64,000 nucleotides of DNA from NCBI RefSeq assembly GCF_044324875.1, contig NZ_CP172185.1. One strand, given 5' to 3'. Shown piece by piece: positions 9,624 to 21,034 of the stretch. This DNA is from Escherichia coli (lineage in GTDB: Bacteria; Pseudomonadota; Gammaproteobacteria; Enterobacterales; Enterobacteriaceae). A program made the position numbers and the translations under genes. Under the pieces are notes generated by a model. It saw only the letters and a program-made list of their open reading frames with translations. It searched no databases and was not told the origin of the DNA. Position 1 is the stretch's first letter; every line of letters begins with the position of its first letter.

Positions 9624-11084
9624 TTACTTCACGGAATATTTCGCAACGGTCGCTTTCGCACCATGCGCTAATAAAGACAAGTACGCTTCCGTCACTTTTG
9701 CAGTAAACAAGCTATTGTCTGGCAAATCATCACCAAAGATCGCCTTAATCGCCAGCAATGACTGGACGCGCGCTTTCCCTTCGGCACTACTTTGTACAGC
9801 CTTCTGAATAACAGGTAACAGTGGGTCACTGCTTTCTATCGGATTTCCCTGTTCATCAACACCACCGACATAACGCATCCAACCTGCGACGCCCAGCGCC
9901 AGCAGATCGAACTTGCTGTCATGCGCCAGATGCCAGCGAACAGAATCCAACATCCGCTGTGGCAATTTCTGGCTGCCATCCATCGCAATCTGCCAGGTTC
10001 GATGACGTAGCGCCGGGTTGCTATAGCGTTCAATTAATCGGTTAGCGTAATCTTGCAAATCAACGCCCTGCACTTTCAACGTCGGCGCTTGTTCCTGCAA
10101 CATCAAGGCATACGCTGCATGACGATAATGTTCATCTTCCATGCAGTCATTAATGTGCTGATATCCGGCAAGATACCCCAGATACGCCAGGAATGAATGA
10201 CTGCCGTTGAGCATGCGCAACTTCATCTCTTCATAAGGCAGCACATCACTAACCAGTTCGGCTCCCGCTTTTTCCCATTCCGGACGTCCGGCAACAAAGT
10301 TATCTTCTATTACCCACTGGCGGAAAGGTTCACAGGCAACGCCAGCAGGATCGCGCACACCGGTAAGTTGTTCGATTTTCGCCAGCGTATCCTCTGTCAC
10401 TGCGGGCACAATACGGTCCACCATTGTTGATGGGAAAGTCACGTTTACTTCGATCCATTGTGCCAGTTTTACATCAACAGCTTGCGCGTAGGAAGTGACA
10501 ACGTCACGCATAACATGACCGTTTTCTGGCATGTTGTCACATGACATGACGGTAAATGCGGGAAGTCCTGCCGCTTTACGGCGAGCCAGCGCCTCAACAA
10601 TCACCCCTGTTGCAGTTTTCGGCTGGTGGGGATTTTGCACGTCGGCAGCGACCATCGGGTGATCGAGCATTAACTGTCCGGTCGCCGGAGAGTGGAAATA
10701 CCCTTTTTCGGTGATTGTCAGAGAGACAATCGCGATTTGCGGTTCACACATCGCAGCCAACACGGTTTCTAAGCCATCTATCTGTACGTGCAAGGCTTTT
10801 TTAACGACGCCAACGACGCGAGCCGTCCACGCATCGGCCGACATTTCCGCAACGGTATAAAGATTATCTTGCTGTTGTAAATCGGCAATTTGCTGTTCGC
10901 CGCCGATTAAATTGACCTCATAATATCCCCAATCACTGAAATGTTTTGTAGCAAGAATATCGGCATACACGCCCTGATGCGCACGGTGAAATGCGCCAAA
11001 GCCTAAATGAACAATTCTTGGGGCCAAGTTATTACGATCATAAACAGGGAGCGTCGCTTTTGCTGATAACAAATTATTTCCCAT
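9624..11084 (-). CDS. ydfI: YdfI mannitol/mannonate dehydrogenase-family oxidoreductase, 486 aa
   Basis: N-terminal NAD-binding motif [10 protein letters not shown]. Confidence 0.9.
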   Translation of the reverse strand: MGNNLLSAKATLPVYDRNNLAPRIVHLGFGAFHRAHQGVYADILATKHFSDWGYYEVNLIGGEQQIADLQQQDNLYTVAEMSADAWTARVVGVVKKALHVQIDGLETVLAAMCEPQIAIVSLTITEKGYFHSPATGQLMLDHPMVAADVQNPHQPKTATGVIVEALARRKAAGLPAFTVMSCDNMPENGHVMRDVVTSYAQAVDVKLAQWIEVNVTFPSTMVDRIVPAVTEDTLAKIEQLTGVRDPAGVACEPFRQWVIEDNFVAGRPEWEKAGAELVSDVLPYEEMKLRMLNGSHSFLAYLGYLAGYQHINDCMEDEHYRHAAYALMLQEQAPTLKVQGVDLQDYANRLIERYSNPALRHRTWQIAMDGSQKLPQRMLDSVRWHLAHDSKFDLLALGVAGWMRYVGGVDEQGNPIESSDPLLPVIQKAVQSSAEGKARVQSLLAIKAIFGDDLPDNSLFTAKVTEAYLSLLAHGAKATVAKYSVK

Positions 11085-11173
11085 AACAATTCCTTAAATT
11101 TAAATATGGCAAGCTGCATGTTTTGTTATATGAATAAAAAATCCCCTCTCCGGTAAGAGAAGGGATGGAGGAT

Positions 11174-12541
11174 TTACAGACTTCTTGAAGGTTGCGCAGC
11201 TGTTACAACACGCGGTTGATCTTCCGCGGCATCTTCCAGTGCACTTAAATCACGGTCTCTCACTTCTGGCATTTTCAGCGCAGAGATTAAACCAATCACT
11301 GAATATGCCATGATCATAATGGCGATCGGATACCAGGATTCCGTCATGGTGCAGAAAATACCCGCCAGGATAGGACCAAAACCGGAAGCGATAAGACCAC
11401 CAATTTCTTTAGAAATCGCCATCCGGGTAAAGCGGTTTTTACAGCCGAACATTTCTGCCATGGTAATGTTTTCCAGAGCAAATAATCCCAGCACCGCACA
11501 GTTATGAATCACAATCAGTGCAACCATAATGGTGCTCGGGGCATAGCTTTTATCTACGATGATAGAAAGCATTGGCCACGCCAGCACAATCGCAGAGGTA
11601 TTCATAATAATATACGGGATCCGGCGACCTATTTTATCGGATAACCAACCAAGGAACGGAATGGTCATAAAGCCGAGAATCGAACTGATCATCAATGCAT
11701 CTGTTGGAATTGCTTTGTTAAACAATAACGTCTGCACTAAATAGCCTGCAAGGAAAGTCTGAATTAAACCGGAGTTACCAGCCTGACCAAAACGCAGCCC
11801 TGTTGCCAGCCAGAAGGATTTGCTCTGGAACATGCTACCAGCAGGTGCAGGTTTTGCTGTCGGTTGGTTGCTGTCGTTAACCTTCTCAAAGACCGGGCTT
11901 TCTTTCAGATTCATACGCAACCAGATAGCAAAGACCATCACGACAACGCTCGCCAGGAACGGTATACGCCATCCCCACGCAAGCAGTTCCTCTTTACTGA
12001 GAATGAAGAACATAAAGGCCCAGATTGCCGTTGCGCTCAAGGTTCCGCAGTTAGTCCCCATAGCAACAAATGAGGAGATAATTCCGCGCTTACCTTTTGG
12101 TGCATATTCCGCCAGCATCGTGCCGGCACCGGAAATTTCCGCGCCTGCCCCCAGCCCCTGAATAATACGCAGCGTCACCAGCAAAATTGGCGCAAACACA
12201 CCAATTTGTGCATAGGTCGGCAGCACACCAATTAAGGTAGTACAGATCCCCATCATAGTGATGGTAATAAAGAGCACTTTTTTACGCCCGATTCTGTCGC
12301 CCATTTTGCCGAAAATAAATGCTCCGACAATACGCGCCACATAACCTGCACCGTAGGTTCCCATTGCCAGAATTAACGCCATTGCCGTTGATGATTCAGG
12401 AAAAAATATTTCATGAAACACTAACGCTGCGCCGAGCGAATATAACTGGAAATCCATAAATTCAAGCGCAGTGCCCAGCCATCCCGATACTGCTGCTTTC
12501 ACCAAATCCTTAGTGCTTCTTTCGTGTTTTTCTATTGTCAT
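11174..12541 (-). CDS. ydfJ: YdfJ MFS transporter, full-length 455 aa
   Basis: Multi-TM MFS translation, uninterrupted. Confidence 0.85.
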   Translation of the reverse strand: MTIEKHERSTKDLVKAAVSGWLGTALEFMDFQLYSLGAALVFHEIFFPESSTAMALILAMGTYGAGYVARIVGAFIFGKMGDRIGRKKVLFITITMMGICTTLIGVLPTYAQIGVFAPILLVTLRIIQGLGAGAEISGAGTMLAEYAPKGKRGIISSFVAMGTNCGTLSATAIWAFMFFILSKEELLAWGWRIPFLASVVVMVFAIWLRMNLKESPVFEKVNDSNQPTAKPAPAGSMFQSKSFWLATGLRFGQAGNSGLIQTFLAGYLVQTLLFNKAIPTDALMISSILGFMTIPFLGWLSDKIGRRIPYIIMNTSAIVLAWPMLSIIVDKSYAPSTIMVALIVIHNCAVLGLFALENITMAEMFGCKNRFTRMAISKEIGGLIASGFGPILAGIFCTMTESWYPIAIMIMAYSVIGLISALKMPEVRDRDLSALEDAAEDQPRVVTAAQPSRSL

Positions 12542-12598
12542 AATGGTTATCTCTAAAAAAGAGGTAAGATGCGTACTACTTACTCGCCGTTATTGGTA

Positions 12599-13618
12599 TT
12601 ATTCAGAAAAAGTGAGTAAGACTTTGCAGCAATGCTTTTGATCCTGTTCAAATAAACTAATGGCATCAGCAACATGCTGGAAATCAAACGTATGGGTAAT
12701 TAGTTTTTCTGGTTTAATTAACCCTTTACTTAACCAGTCGATAACGACCGGGAATTTATTTGCATTTAAGCGTGAAGAGAAAATAGAGAGTTCTTTTCCG
12801 GTAATTCCTTGCTGAATCACTTCAGACGGTTCACTGGAGAAGCCCATCAATACAATACGTGCCGCTGGAGAAGCCAGCGTTACGGCTTCTTTCAGGATTG
12901 AAGGATGACAAGCCGCATCGATAATTAATGTCGGCTTTATGCCTTTTTCAGCGAAAATCTCGCCAAGCGGTGTCTGGCTGTTATTAATCGCCCAGTCTGC
13001 CCCGCTCTCTTTCGCTTTTTCCAGTCGTTCATCAATGCGATCGGCAACAATCACATTCTTAACGTTATAGACGCCTTTTAATACCTGAACGATCGTCAGG
13101 CCGATTGGACCGGCACCGTAAACCAGAACGGTATCATTTTCAGTCGGTTGACCATGACCGGTAACGTTAGCCGCAATGGTAAAAGGTTCGATCATCACCG
13201 CATATTGATCGGCCACTGCTTCAGGAATTTTCCACGCATTTTTTGCCGGCACCACGGCATATTCACTGAAACCACCGTCAGCGTGCACACCTAATACAGC
13301 CAGTGTCGTACAAACGTTCGGCTTACCTATAGAGCACGGATAGCAATGCCCACAGCTGACCACCGGATCGACAGCAACGCGTTCACCGACTCTGGCGCTT
13401 TCCACGCCTTCACCCACTGCATCAATGACGCCAAAGAATTCATGACCAATGACGCGCGGATATTTCGCAAAAGGATTATGCCCACGATAAATATGGCTAT
13501 CTGAACCACAAATTCCGGCAAGTTTCACTTTTACTCGTACTTCACCCGCTGACGGGGTGGGTATTTCGCGTTCGATAATTGCCAGTTGATTCGGTTTTTC
13601 AATTAAAATGCTTTTCAT
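12599..13618 (-). CDS. rspB: RspB zinc-type alcohol dehydrogenase-like starvation-sensing protein, 339 aa
   Basis: MDR signatures GHEFFG and GAGPIG; start MKSILIEK. Confidence 0.9.
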   Translation of the reverse strand: MKSILIEKPNQLAIIEREIPTPSAGEVRVKVKLAGICGSDSHIYRGHNPFAKYPRVIGHEFFGVIDAVGEGVESARVGERVAVDPVVSCGHCYPCSIGKPNVCTTLAVLGVHADGGFSEYAVVPAKNAWKIPEAVADQYAVMIEPFTIAANVTGHGQPTENDTVLVYGAGPIGLTIVQVLKGVYNVKNVIVADRIDERLEKAKESGADWAINNSQTPLGEIFAEKGIKPTLIIDAACHPSILKEAVTLASPAARIVLMGFSSEPSEVIQQGITGKELSIFSSRLNANKFPVVIDWLSKGLIKPEKLITHTFDFQHVADAISLFEQDQKHCCKVLLTFSE

Positions 13619-13629
13619 TATCTTACTCC

Positions 13630-14844
13630 TTACCAGTTCCACAGCGTGCCATCTTCCAGACGTGCGACTGGCAGATAAGCAGGTTCATAGGGATATTTCG
13701 CCGCCAGCTTTTCATCGAATTCGATGCCAAGACCCGGTTTGTCTCCCGGATGCATATAGCCGTTATCGAAAGTCCAGTTGTGCGGGAAGACTTCAAGCAT
13801 TTGTTCGGAATAACCCATGTATTCCTGGACACCGAAATTGGGGACCCACAGATCAAAGTGCAGCGCCGCAGCCATGCAGACTGGTGACAAATCGGAAGGA
13901 CCGTGTGAGCCAGTACGTACCTGATACAACGAAGCAAAATCGGCAATCCGGCGCATACCGGTAATTCCGCCTGCATGGGTCAGCGTGGTGCGGATATAAT
14001 CGATAAGTTGCTCTTCAATCAGTTGATTGCAGTCCCAGATGCTGTTGAAGACTTCACCCACCGCGATGGGTGTGACGGTATGTTGGCGAATGAGACGGAA
14101 GCATTCCTGGTTTTCCGCAGGCGTCGGGTCTTCCATCCAGAACATGCGATAATCTTCAATGCTTTTACCAAAGCGCGCCGCTTCAATAGGCGTTAAGCGA
14201 TGGTGCATGTCATGCAGCAAATGTTCATTAAAACCAAACTTGTTACGTACCGCGTCAAACAATTTCGGCATGAAATCGAGGTATTTCTCCGTCGACCACA
14301 ACTGCTCTTCCGGCCACTGTCCTTTGGTTGCGGGTTCATAAGCCAGACCTTTGCCTTTCGACATGCCGTAGGTGGTTTTCATACCAGGGATTCCGCACTG
14401 CACGCGGATGGCTTTGAATCCCAGCTCCTGATGACGGGCATAATCATCCAGAGCTTCATCAATACTGTGACCGGTGGTATGGCAATAAACCATCACCCCT
14501 TCACGAGACGCGCCGCCGAGTAACTGGTAAAGCGGCATGTTGGCAGCTTTGGCTTTAATATCCCACAGCGCCATATCAACCGCTGAAATGGCCGACATCG
14601 TCACCGGACCGCGACGCCAGTAAGCACCTTTATAGAAAAACTGCCAGATATCTTCGATACGGTGTGCATCGCGACCAATAAGCTGCGGACAAAGGTGATC
14701 CTGCAAATAAGAGGCCACGGAAAGCTCACGTCCATTGAGGGTGGCATCCCCAAGGCCCGTAATACCGTCCTCAGTGGTGATTTTTAATGTGACGAAATTA
14801 CGCCCCGGACAGGTAACAAAAACTTCAGCCTTTACGATCTTCAT
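13630..14844 (-). CDS. rspA: RspA enolase-superfamily mannonate dehydratase-like protein, 404 aa
   Basis: Translation [27 protein letters not shown]...; 11 bp upstream of rspB. Confidence 0.9.
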   Translation of the reverse strand: MKIVKAEVFVTCPGRNFVTLKITTEDGITGLGDATLNGRELSVASYLQDHLCPQLIGRDAHRIEDIWQFFYKGAYWRRGPVTMSAISAVDMALWDIKAKAANMPLYQLLGGASREGVMVYCHTTGHSIDEALDDYARHQELGFKAIRVQCGIPGMKTTYGMSKGKGLAYEPATKGQWPEEQLWSTEKYLDFMPKLFDAVRNKFGFNEHLLHDMHHRLTPIEAARFGKSIEDYRMFWMEDPTPAENQECFRLIRQHTVTPIAVGEVFNSIWDCNQLIEEQLIDYIRTTLTHAGGITGMRRIADFASLYQVRTGSHGPSDLSPVCMAAALHFDLWVPNFGVQEYMGYSEQMLEVFPHNWTFDNGYMHPGDKPGLGIEFDEKLAAKYPYEPAYLPVARLEDGTLWNW

Positions 14845-15049
14845 GTTCGATTCCTTGCATCGCTTGTCGTGATGCATGAAACCTACGCAACTGAGCTACT
14901 ACCATACAAGTATGAAGATCGAAAAAAGCCGGAGTGATCACAAAAAAAGGCGTATATTTGCGCCGGGAATGGTTGACAAAAGATGAAATAGAATACCTTT
15001 TGTCAGCTGACACTTCCTTGTATCTTATTGATAAAATGGATTTATGTCC

Positions 15050-15376
15050 TTACGCGCGCCCCCAGCCCGCAACAATGATCAACATGCCGCAAAGCGCAAT
15101 CAACGCCCCCGTCCAGTCATAAAGACTCAGTTTCACGCCATCCACAACGCGCAGCCACATCAACGCCGTGCAGACATAAACGCCACCATAAGCCGCGTAA
15201 ACACGCCCACTCGCCGCAGGATGCAACGTTAACAACCAGACAAACAGTGCCAGAGAAATCCCCGCCGGAAGCAACAGCCAGATACTGGCGTTTCGTTTTA
15301 ACCACAACCAGGGCAGAAAGCATCCAATAATTTCACACAGCGCAGTAGCAAAAAATAGTAACGTTGTTTTAATCAT
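15050..15376 (-). CDS. ynfA: YnfA UPF0060 inner-membrane protein, 108 aa
   Basis: Small 4-TM protein. Confidence 0.85.
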
Positions 15377-15510
15377 CTTTGTCACTTATTGACATCATGT
15401 ATAGTTATAGGACGACATAATATCATCAATATAAACATCCTCCTGGTACGTTTTGCGTTCGCAGTGGATGGTGTAGAATCACCTTTAATCATTCATACAG
15501 GGAATGAATT

Positions 15511-15852
15511 ATGAAAATTACTCTCAGCAAACGAATTGGCCTGCTCGCTTTTCTGCTGCCTTGCGCACTGGCATTGAGCACAACTGTTCATGCCGAAAAT
15601 AACAAACTGGTGATTGAGTCTGGCGACAGTGCGCAAAGCCGCCAGCACGCCGCTATGGAAAAAGAGCAATGGAATGACACGCGCAATCTGCGCCAGAAAG
15701 TGAATAAACGCACTGAAAAAGAGTGGGATAAAGCCGACGCCGCTTTTGATAACCGCGATAAATGTGAGCAAAGCGCCAACATCAATGCCTACTGGGAGCC
15801 AAATACTTTGCGCTGCCTGGACCGTCGAACTGGCCGCGTTATTACCCCCTAA
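15511..15852 (+). CDS. ynfB: YnfB secreted protein, 113 aa
   Basis: Signal peptide plus charged mature region. Confidence 0.85.
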   Translation: MKITLSKRIGLLAFLLPCALALSTTVHAENNKLVIESGDSAQSRQHAAMEKEQWNDTRNLRQKVNKRTEKEWDKADAAFDNRDKCEQSANINAYWEPNTLRCLDRRTGRVITP

Positions 15853-15886
15853 CCTGTTATTGATTTAAGGAATGTAAGGACACGTT

Positions 15887-16447
15887 ATGCCAAGCGCCCA
15901 CAGTGTTAAGCTACGCCCGCTGGAGCGTGAAGATTTACGCTATGTACATCAACTCGACAATAACGCCAGTGTGATGCGTTACTGGTTTGAGGAACCCTAC
16001 GAAGCCTTTGTTGAACTCTCTGATCTGTACGATAAGCATATTCACGATCAGAGCGAACGGCGCTTTGTGGTGGAATGTGACGGCGAAAAAGCCGGTCTGG
16101 TGGAGCTGGTGGAAATTAACCATGTTCATCGCCGCGCAGAATTTCAGATAATTATCTCCCCGGAATATCAGGGGAAAGGTCTGGCAACGCGTGCCGCAAA
16201 ATTAGCAATGGACTATGGCTTCACCGTTCTCAATCTCTATAAGCTGTATCTGATCGTCGATAAAGAGAATGAAAAAGCGATACACATTTACCGCAAGCTT
16301 GGCTTTACGGTTGAAGGTGAATTGATACATGAGTTCTTTATTAATGGTCAATATCGGAATGCCATTCGCATGTGCATATTCCAGCATCAGTATCTGGCAG
16401 AGCACAAAACACCGGGTCAGACTCTCCTGAAGCCGACCGCACAATAG
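15887..16447 (+). CDS. speG: SpeG spermidine N-acetyltransferase, 186 aa
   Basis: GNAT-fold translation; stop TAG at 16445-16447 abuts the IS1 end. Confidence 0.93.
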   Translation: MPSAHSVKLRPLEREDLRYVHQLDNNASVMRYWFEEPYEAFVELSDLYDKHIHDQSERRFVVECDGEKAGLVELVEINHVHRRAEFQIIISPEYQGKGLATRAAKLAMDYGFTVLNLYKLYLIVDKENEKAIHIYRKLGFTVEGELIHEFFINGQYRNAIRMCIFQHQYLAEHKTPGQTLLKPTAQ

Positions 16448-16462
16448 GGTAATGACTCCAAC

Positions 16463-16966
16463 TTATTGATAGTGTTTTATGTTCAGATAATGCCCGATGA
16501 CTTTGTCATGCAGCTCCACCGATTTTGAGAACGACAGCGACTTCCGTCCCAGCCGTGCCAGGTGCTGCCTCAGATTCAGGTTATGCCGCTCAATTCGCTG
16601 CGTATATCGCTTGCTGATTACGTGCAGCTTTCCCTTCAGGCGGGATTCATACAGTGGCCAGCCATCCGTCATCCATATCACCACGTCAAAGGGTGACAGC
16701 AGGCTCATAAGACGCCCCAGCGTCGCCATAGTGCGTTCACCGAATACGTGCGCAACAACCGTCTTCCGGAGCCTGTCATACGCGTAAAACAGCCAGCGCT
16801 GGCGCGATTTAGCCCCGACATAGCCCCACTGTTCGTCCATTTCCGCGCAGACGATGACGTCACTGCCCGGCTGTATGCGCGAGGTTACCGACTGCGGCCT
16901 GAGTTTTTTAAGTGACGTAAAATCGTGTTGAGGCCAACGCCCATAATGCGGGCAGTTGCCCGGCAT
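16463..16966 (-). CDS. insB: IS1 InsB transposase component, 167 aa
   Basis: Translation [26 protein letters not shown]... recognised as IS1 InsB. Confidence 0.93.
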
Positions 16967-17160
16967 CCAACGCCATTCATGGCCATATCAATGATTTTCT
17001 GGTGCGTACCGGGTTGAGAAGCGGTGTAAGTGAACTGCAGTTGCCATGTTTTACGGCAGTGAGAGCAGAGATAGCGCTGATGTCCGGCGGTGCTTTTGCC
17101 GTTACGCACCACCCCGTCAGTAGCTGAACAGGAGGGACAGCTGATAGAAACAGAAGCCAC
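16885..17160 (-). CDS. insA: IS1 InsA, 91 aa
   Basis: Translation [30 protein letters not shown]...; overlaps insB in the -1 frame. Confidence 0.93.
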
Positions 17161-17225
17161 TGGAGCACCTCAAAAACACCATCATACACTAAATCAGTAA
17201 GTTGGCAGCATCACCCACAATAGCA

Positions 17226-17936
17226 TTAATAATAATCGATAGTATTTTTGATGGTGTAAACCCGTTCGATGGCGGGTTTTACTCCTTCATCAACAATGAT
17301 TAGCTGACAGTCCACCGGATTGGCGTGACTGTCATATTCACAGCTCTGTTTTACATTACCAACTCTTTGATTATTCAGTAAAGTAACCGCTGTGTAATCT
17401 AATTTTTTGATCGGGTCCGTTGATGGCGTGGCGCTAACAGATAATGTTTTGTCGTGACTTTTCGTGGTTTTACCCAGCGGATACCCCTGATCATCATAGC
17501 GATATTCCATCTGCATCTGTTTGCTGCTGGCTTTAATCACAAAGCCATTATCATCGGTTTCCCAACTCACCCCGGCAGAAGGTAATTCTGCTAGCTGGCA
17601 TTTTCCCTGCAAACGAACTCTTTTCTCCAGTGTCTGGGCATCACGGTAATAATTGGCGTCCAGTACCAGGGCAACCACGGTATTATTTTCCAGATCCAGT
17701 AATTCGAGTGAATCAAAACAGCCTTCTTCCGACAAAGTCCCCGAAACACGTTTCGTCACTTCACCTTGCTCATCCATTAATGTCTGAGTGAAATCTTTTA
17801 CCGGACCACGCAGCGGATCAAAATCGAATTCATTAGAGAAACTGGCCATCTCAGGGGTAAATGAAAGTGTTACCTCTGTTCGGTCACATCCTGTGAGGAA
17901 TATCGCGAGTAAGCATGGCAGTAATTTGTATTTCAC
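17226..17936 (-). CDS. ynfC: YnfC lipoprotein (UPF0257), 236 aa, probable GTG start
   Basis: Lipobox LTGC after signal peptide; start taken as the GTG encoding VKYKLLPC; stop TAA at 17226-17228 lies 3 bp beyond the IS1 target duplication. Confidence 0.85.
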   Translation of the reverse strand: MKYKLLPCLLAIFLTGCDRTEVTLSFTPEMASFSNEFDFDPLRGPVKDFTQTLMDEQGEVTKRVSGTLSEEGCFDSLELLDLENNTVVALVLDANYYRDAQTLEKRVRLQGKCQLAELPSAGVSWETDDNGFVIKASSKQMQMEYRYDDQGYPLGKTTKSHDKTLSVSATPSTDPIKKLDYTAVTLLNNQRVGNVKQSCEYDSHANPVDCQLIIVDEGVKPAIERVYTIKNTIDYY

Positions 17937-18043
17937 AACAGTCACCAGAGAGTAGAGATGATTCTCAATCATAGTAGCAAATACAGTACTTTACACGTTA
18001 AATGCTATGCTTAAAGAAGTTATCTTCGCGTAAGGAGCTTATG

Positions 18044-18349
18044 ATGAAACTCTCAACCTGCTGTGCCGCGCTTCTGCTCGCCCTCGCCTCACCCGCGGTA
18101 CTCGCCGCGCCGGGATCCTGTGAGCGCATACAGAGCGATATATCACAGCGCATTATCAATAATGGCGTACCCGAAAGCAGCTTCACGTTAAGTATTGTAC
18201 CCAATGACCAGGTTGATCAGCCTGATTCCCAGGTCGTCGGGCATTGCGCTAATGATACGCATAAAATTCTCTACACCCGCACCACCAGCGGTAACGTCTC
18301 TGCTCCCGCGCAGTCTACCCAGGATGGCGCGCCTGCCGAACCGCAGTAA
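18044..18349 (+). CDS. ynfD: YnfD secreted protein, 101 aa
   Basis: Signal peptide MKLSTCCAALLLALASPAVLA; SD aaggag upstream. Confidence 0.8.
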   Translation: MKLSTCCAALLLALASPAVLAAPGSCERIQSDISQRIINNGVPESSFTLSIVPNDQVDQPDSQVVGHCANDTHKILYTRTTSGNVSAPAQSTQDGAPAEPQ

Positions 18350-18547
18350 CACATTATCGACTGAACGCCGGATACGACACATCCGGCGATTTGAACATAC
18401 AACATAATCCCACCTTATTACTCATACCCTTCTATTGATATGGATTAATAATTCTTAACCCAAAATGGGTAGACTCCCTCTATTGTTAGCGCGCTAAATA
18501 TTCAATATATAAACTTTTATATAACGATAAAGATCAGGGAGTGAGTT

Positions 18548-20974
18548 ATGTCCAAAAATGAACAAATGGTGGGCATCAGCCGCAGAACACTCGTTAAATC
18601 TACCGCGATAGGTTCTCTGGCGCTGGCTGCAGGCGGTTTTTCTTTACCGTTCACCCTGCGCAGTGCAGCGGCAGCGGTACAGCAGGCCAGCGAGAAAGTG
18701 GTCTGGGGTGCCTGTTCCGTCAACTGTGGTAGCCGCTGTGCACTTCGTCTGCATGTTAAAGATAATGAAGTGACCTGGGTGGAAACTGACAACACCGGCA
18801 ACGACGAGTATGGCAATCATCAAGTACGTGCCTGTTTGCGCGGTCGCTCCATCCGTCGGCGTATTAATCATCCCGATCGCTTGAATTACCCAATGAAACG
18901 CGTGGGCAAACGCGGCGAAGGCAAATTCGAACGGATTAGCTGGGATGAAGCCCTGGATACTATCGCCAGTAGCCTGAAAAAAACCGTCGAACAATATGGC
19001 AATGAGGCTGTATATATTCAGTACTCTTCAGGGATCGTTGGCGGCAATATGACCCGCTCTTCGCCATCCGCCTCGGCGGTCAAACGCCTGATGAACTGCT
19101 ACGGCGGTTCACTCAACCAGTATGGCTCCTACAGCACCGCGCAAATTTCCTGTGCCATGCCCTACACCTACGGCAGTAATGATGGCAACAGCACCACGGA
19201 TATTGAAAACAGCAAGCTGGTCGTGATGTTTGGTAACAACCCGGCAGAAACCCGCATGAGCGGCGGTGGCATCACTTATCTTCTTGAAAAAGCGCGCGAG
19301 AAATCGAACGCAAAAATGATTGTTATCGATCCGCGATATACCGATACAGCTGCTGGTCGTGAAGACGAATGGCTACCTATTCGCCCGGGCACCGATGCCG
19401 CGCTGGTTGCGGGTATTGCCTGGGTATTGATTAACGAAAATCTCGTTGATCAACCTTTTCTCGATAAATACTGCGTCGGCTATGACGAAAAAACCTTACC
19501 CGCAGATGCACCAAAAAATGGTCACTATAAAGCCTATATTCTTGGTGAAGGAGACGACAAAACAGCGAAAACGCCGCAGTGGGCTTCGCAAATTACCGGT
19601 ATCCCGGTGGACCGTATCATCAAACTGGCGCGTGAAATTGGCACAGCAAAACCCGCTTATATCTGCCAGGGCTGGGGACCGCAACGCCAGGCAAACGGCG
19701 AGCTGACTGCACGCGCTATTGCGATGTTGCCTATTCTGACGGGCAATGTCGGCATCAGCGGCGGAAATAGTGGCGCGCGTGAATCGACCTATACCATTAC
19801 CATAGAACGCCTACCGGTGCTGGATAATCCGGTCAAAACGTCAATCTCCTGCTTCAGCTGGACAGATGCTATCGATCATGGCCCGCAAATGACGGCAATC
19901 CGCGACGGTGTCCGGGGCAAAGATAAACTGGATGTGCCCATTAAGTTCATCTGGAACTACGCGGGAAATACCCTCGTTAATCAGCATTCTGACATCAACA
20001 AAACGCATGAAATTCTGCAGGACGAATCGAAATGCGAAATGATTGTGGTCATCGAAAACTTTATGACCTCATCGGCAAAATATGCCGACATTCTGCTGCC
20101 AGACCTGATGACCGTTGAGCAGGAAGATATTATTCCTAACGACTACGCCGGTAACATGGGATATCTCATTTTCCTCCAGCCTGTCACCAGCGAAAAATTC
20201 GAACGCAAACCGATTTACTGGATCCTGAGTGAAGTCGCGAAACATCTTGGACCTGAAGTCTATCAAAAGTTCACTGAAGGTCGCACTCAGGAACAATGGT
20301 TACAACATCTGTACGCCAAAATGCTTGCCAAAGATCCGGCGTTACCGTCTTACGACGAATTAAAAAAAATGGGTATCTATAAGCGTAAAGATCCCAATGG
20401 TCATTTTGTCGCCTACAAAGCATTTCGTGACGACCCCGAGGCAAATCCACTTAAAACGCCTTCCAGTAAGATTGAAATTTACTCCAGCAAGCTGGCGGAA
20501 ATTGCCCGTACCTGGGAACTGGAAAAAGATGAAGTGATAAGCCCACTGCCGGTTTATGCCTCAACCTTTGAAGGCTGGGACACCCCTGAACGTAGTACCT
20601 TTCCACTGCAACTGTTTGGTTTCCATTACAAATCCCGTACTCACTCGACCTACGGCAACATTGATGTCCTGAAGGCAGCCTGCCGTCAGGAAGTGTGGAT
20701 CAACCCTATAGATGCACAGAAACGTGGGATTGCCAACGGCGATATGGTGCGGGTGTTTAACCATCGTGGCGAAGTTCGGCTACCAGCCAAAGTGACACCA
20801 CGCATTCTCCCTGGGGTTAGCGCTATGGGCCAGGGAGCCTGGCACGAGGCCAATATGTCTGGCGATAAAATCGACCATGGCGGCTGTGTGAATACGCTAA
20901 CCACTCTGCGCCCTTCACCACTGGCGAAGGGAAACCCGCAGCACACTAATCTGGTCGAGATCGAAAAAATATAA
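18548..20974 (+). CDS. ynfE: YnfE Tat-exported molybdopterin oxidoreductase catalytic subunit (DmsA paralog), 808 aa
   Basis: Twin-arginine signal (SRRTLVK) and Cys cluster CSVNCGSRC. Confidence 0.93.
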   Translation: MSKNEQMVGISRRTLVKSTAIGSLALAAGGFSLPFTLRSAAAAVQQASEKVVWGACSVNCGSRCALRLHVKDNEVTWVETDNTGNDEYGNHQVRACLRGRSIRRRINHPDRLNYPMKRVGKRGEGKFERISWDEALDTIASSLKKTVEQYGNEAVYIQYSSGIVGGNMTRSSPSASAVKRLMNCYGGSLNQYGSYSTAQISCAMPYTYGSNDGNSTTDIENSKLVVMFGNNPAETRMSGGGITYLLEKAREKSNAKMIVIDPRYTDTAAGREDEWLPIRPGTDAALVAGIAWVLINENLVDQPFLDKYCVGYDEKTLPADAPKNGHYKAYILGEGDDKTAKTPQWASQITGIPVDRIIKLAREIGTAKPAYICQGWGPQRQANGELTARAIAMLPILTGNVGISGGNSGARESTYTITIERLPVLDNPVKTSISCFSWTDAIDHGPQMTAIRDGVRGKDKLDVPIKFIWNYAGNTLVNQHSDINKTHEILQDESKCEMIVVIENFMTSSAKYADILLPDLMTVEQEDIIPNDYAGNMGYLIFLQPVTSEKFERKPIYWILSEVAKHLGPEVYQKFTEGRTQEQWLQHLYAKMLAKDPALPSYDELKKMGIYKRKDPNGHFVAYKAFRDDPEANPLKTPSSKIEIYSSKLAEIARTWELEKDEVISPLPVYASTFEGWDTPERSTFPLQLFGFHYKSRTHSTYGNIDVLKAACRQEVWINPIDAQKRGIANGDMVRVFNHRGEVRLPAKVTPRILPGVSAMGQGAWHEANMSGDKIDHGGCVNTLTTLRPSPLAKGNPQHTNLVEIEKI

Positions 20975-21034
20975 CCCACTACAACCATAAATTCTGACAT
21001 GACATTTTGTTTGAAAAGCAATAAGTGAGTAATG

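Larger units (their letters stand above)
16448..17215 (-). mobile_element. IS1 insertion sequence (768 bp) flanked by 8-bp direct repeat CACAATAG
   Basis: Ends ggtaatgactccaacttattgatagtg (16448-) and ...gttggcagcatcacc (-17215) match IS1 inverted repeats; insA and insB inside; identical 8-mer at 16440-16447 and 17216-17223. Confidence 0.93.
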
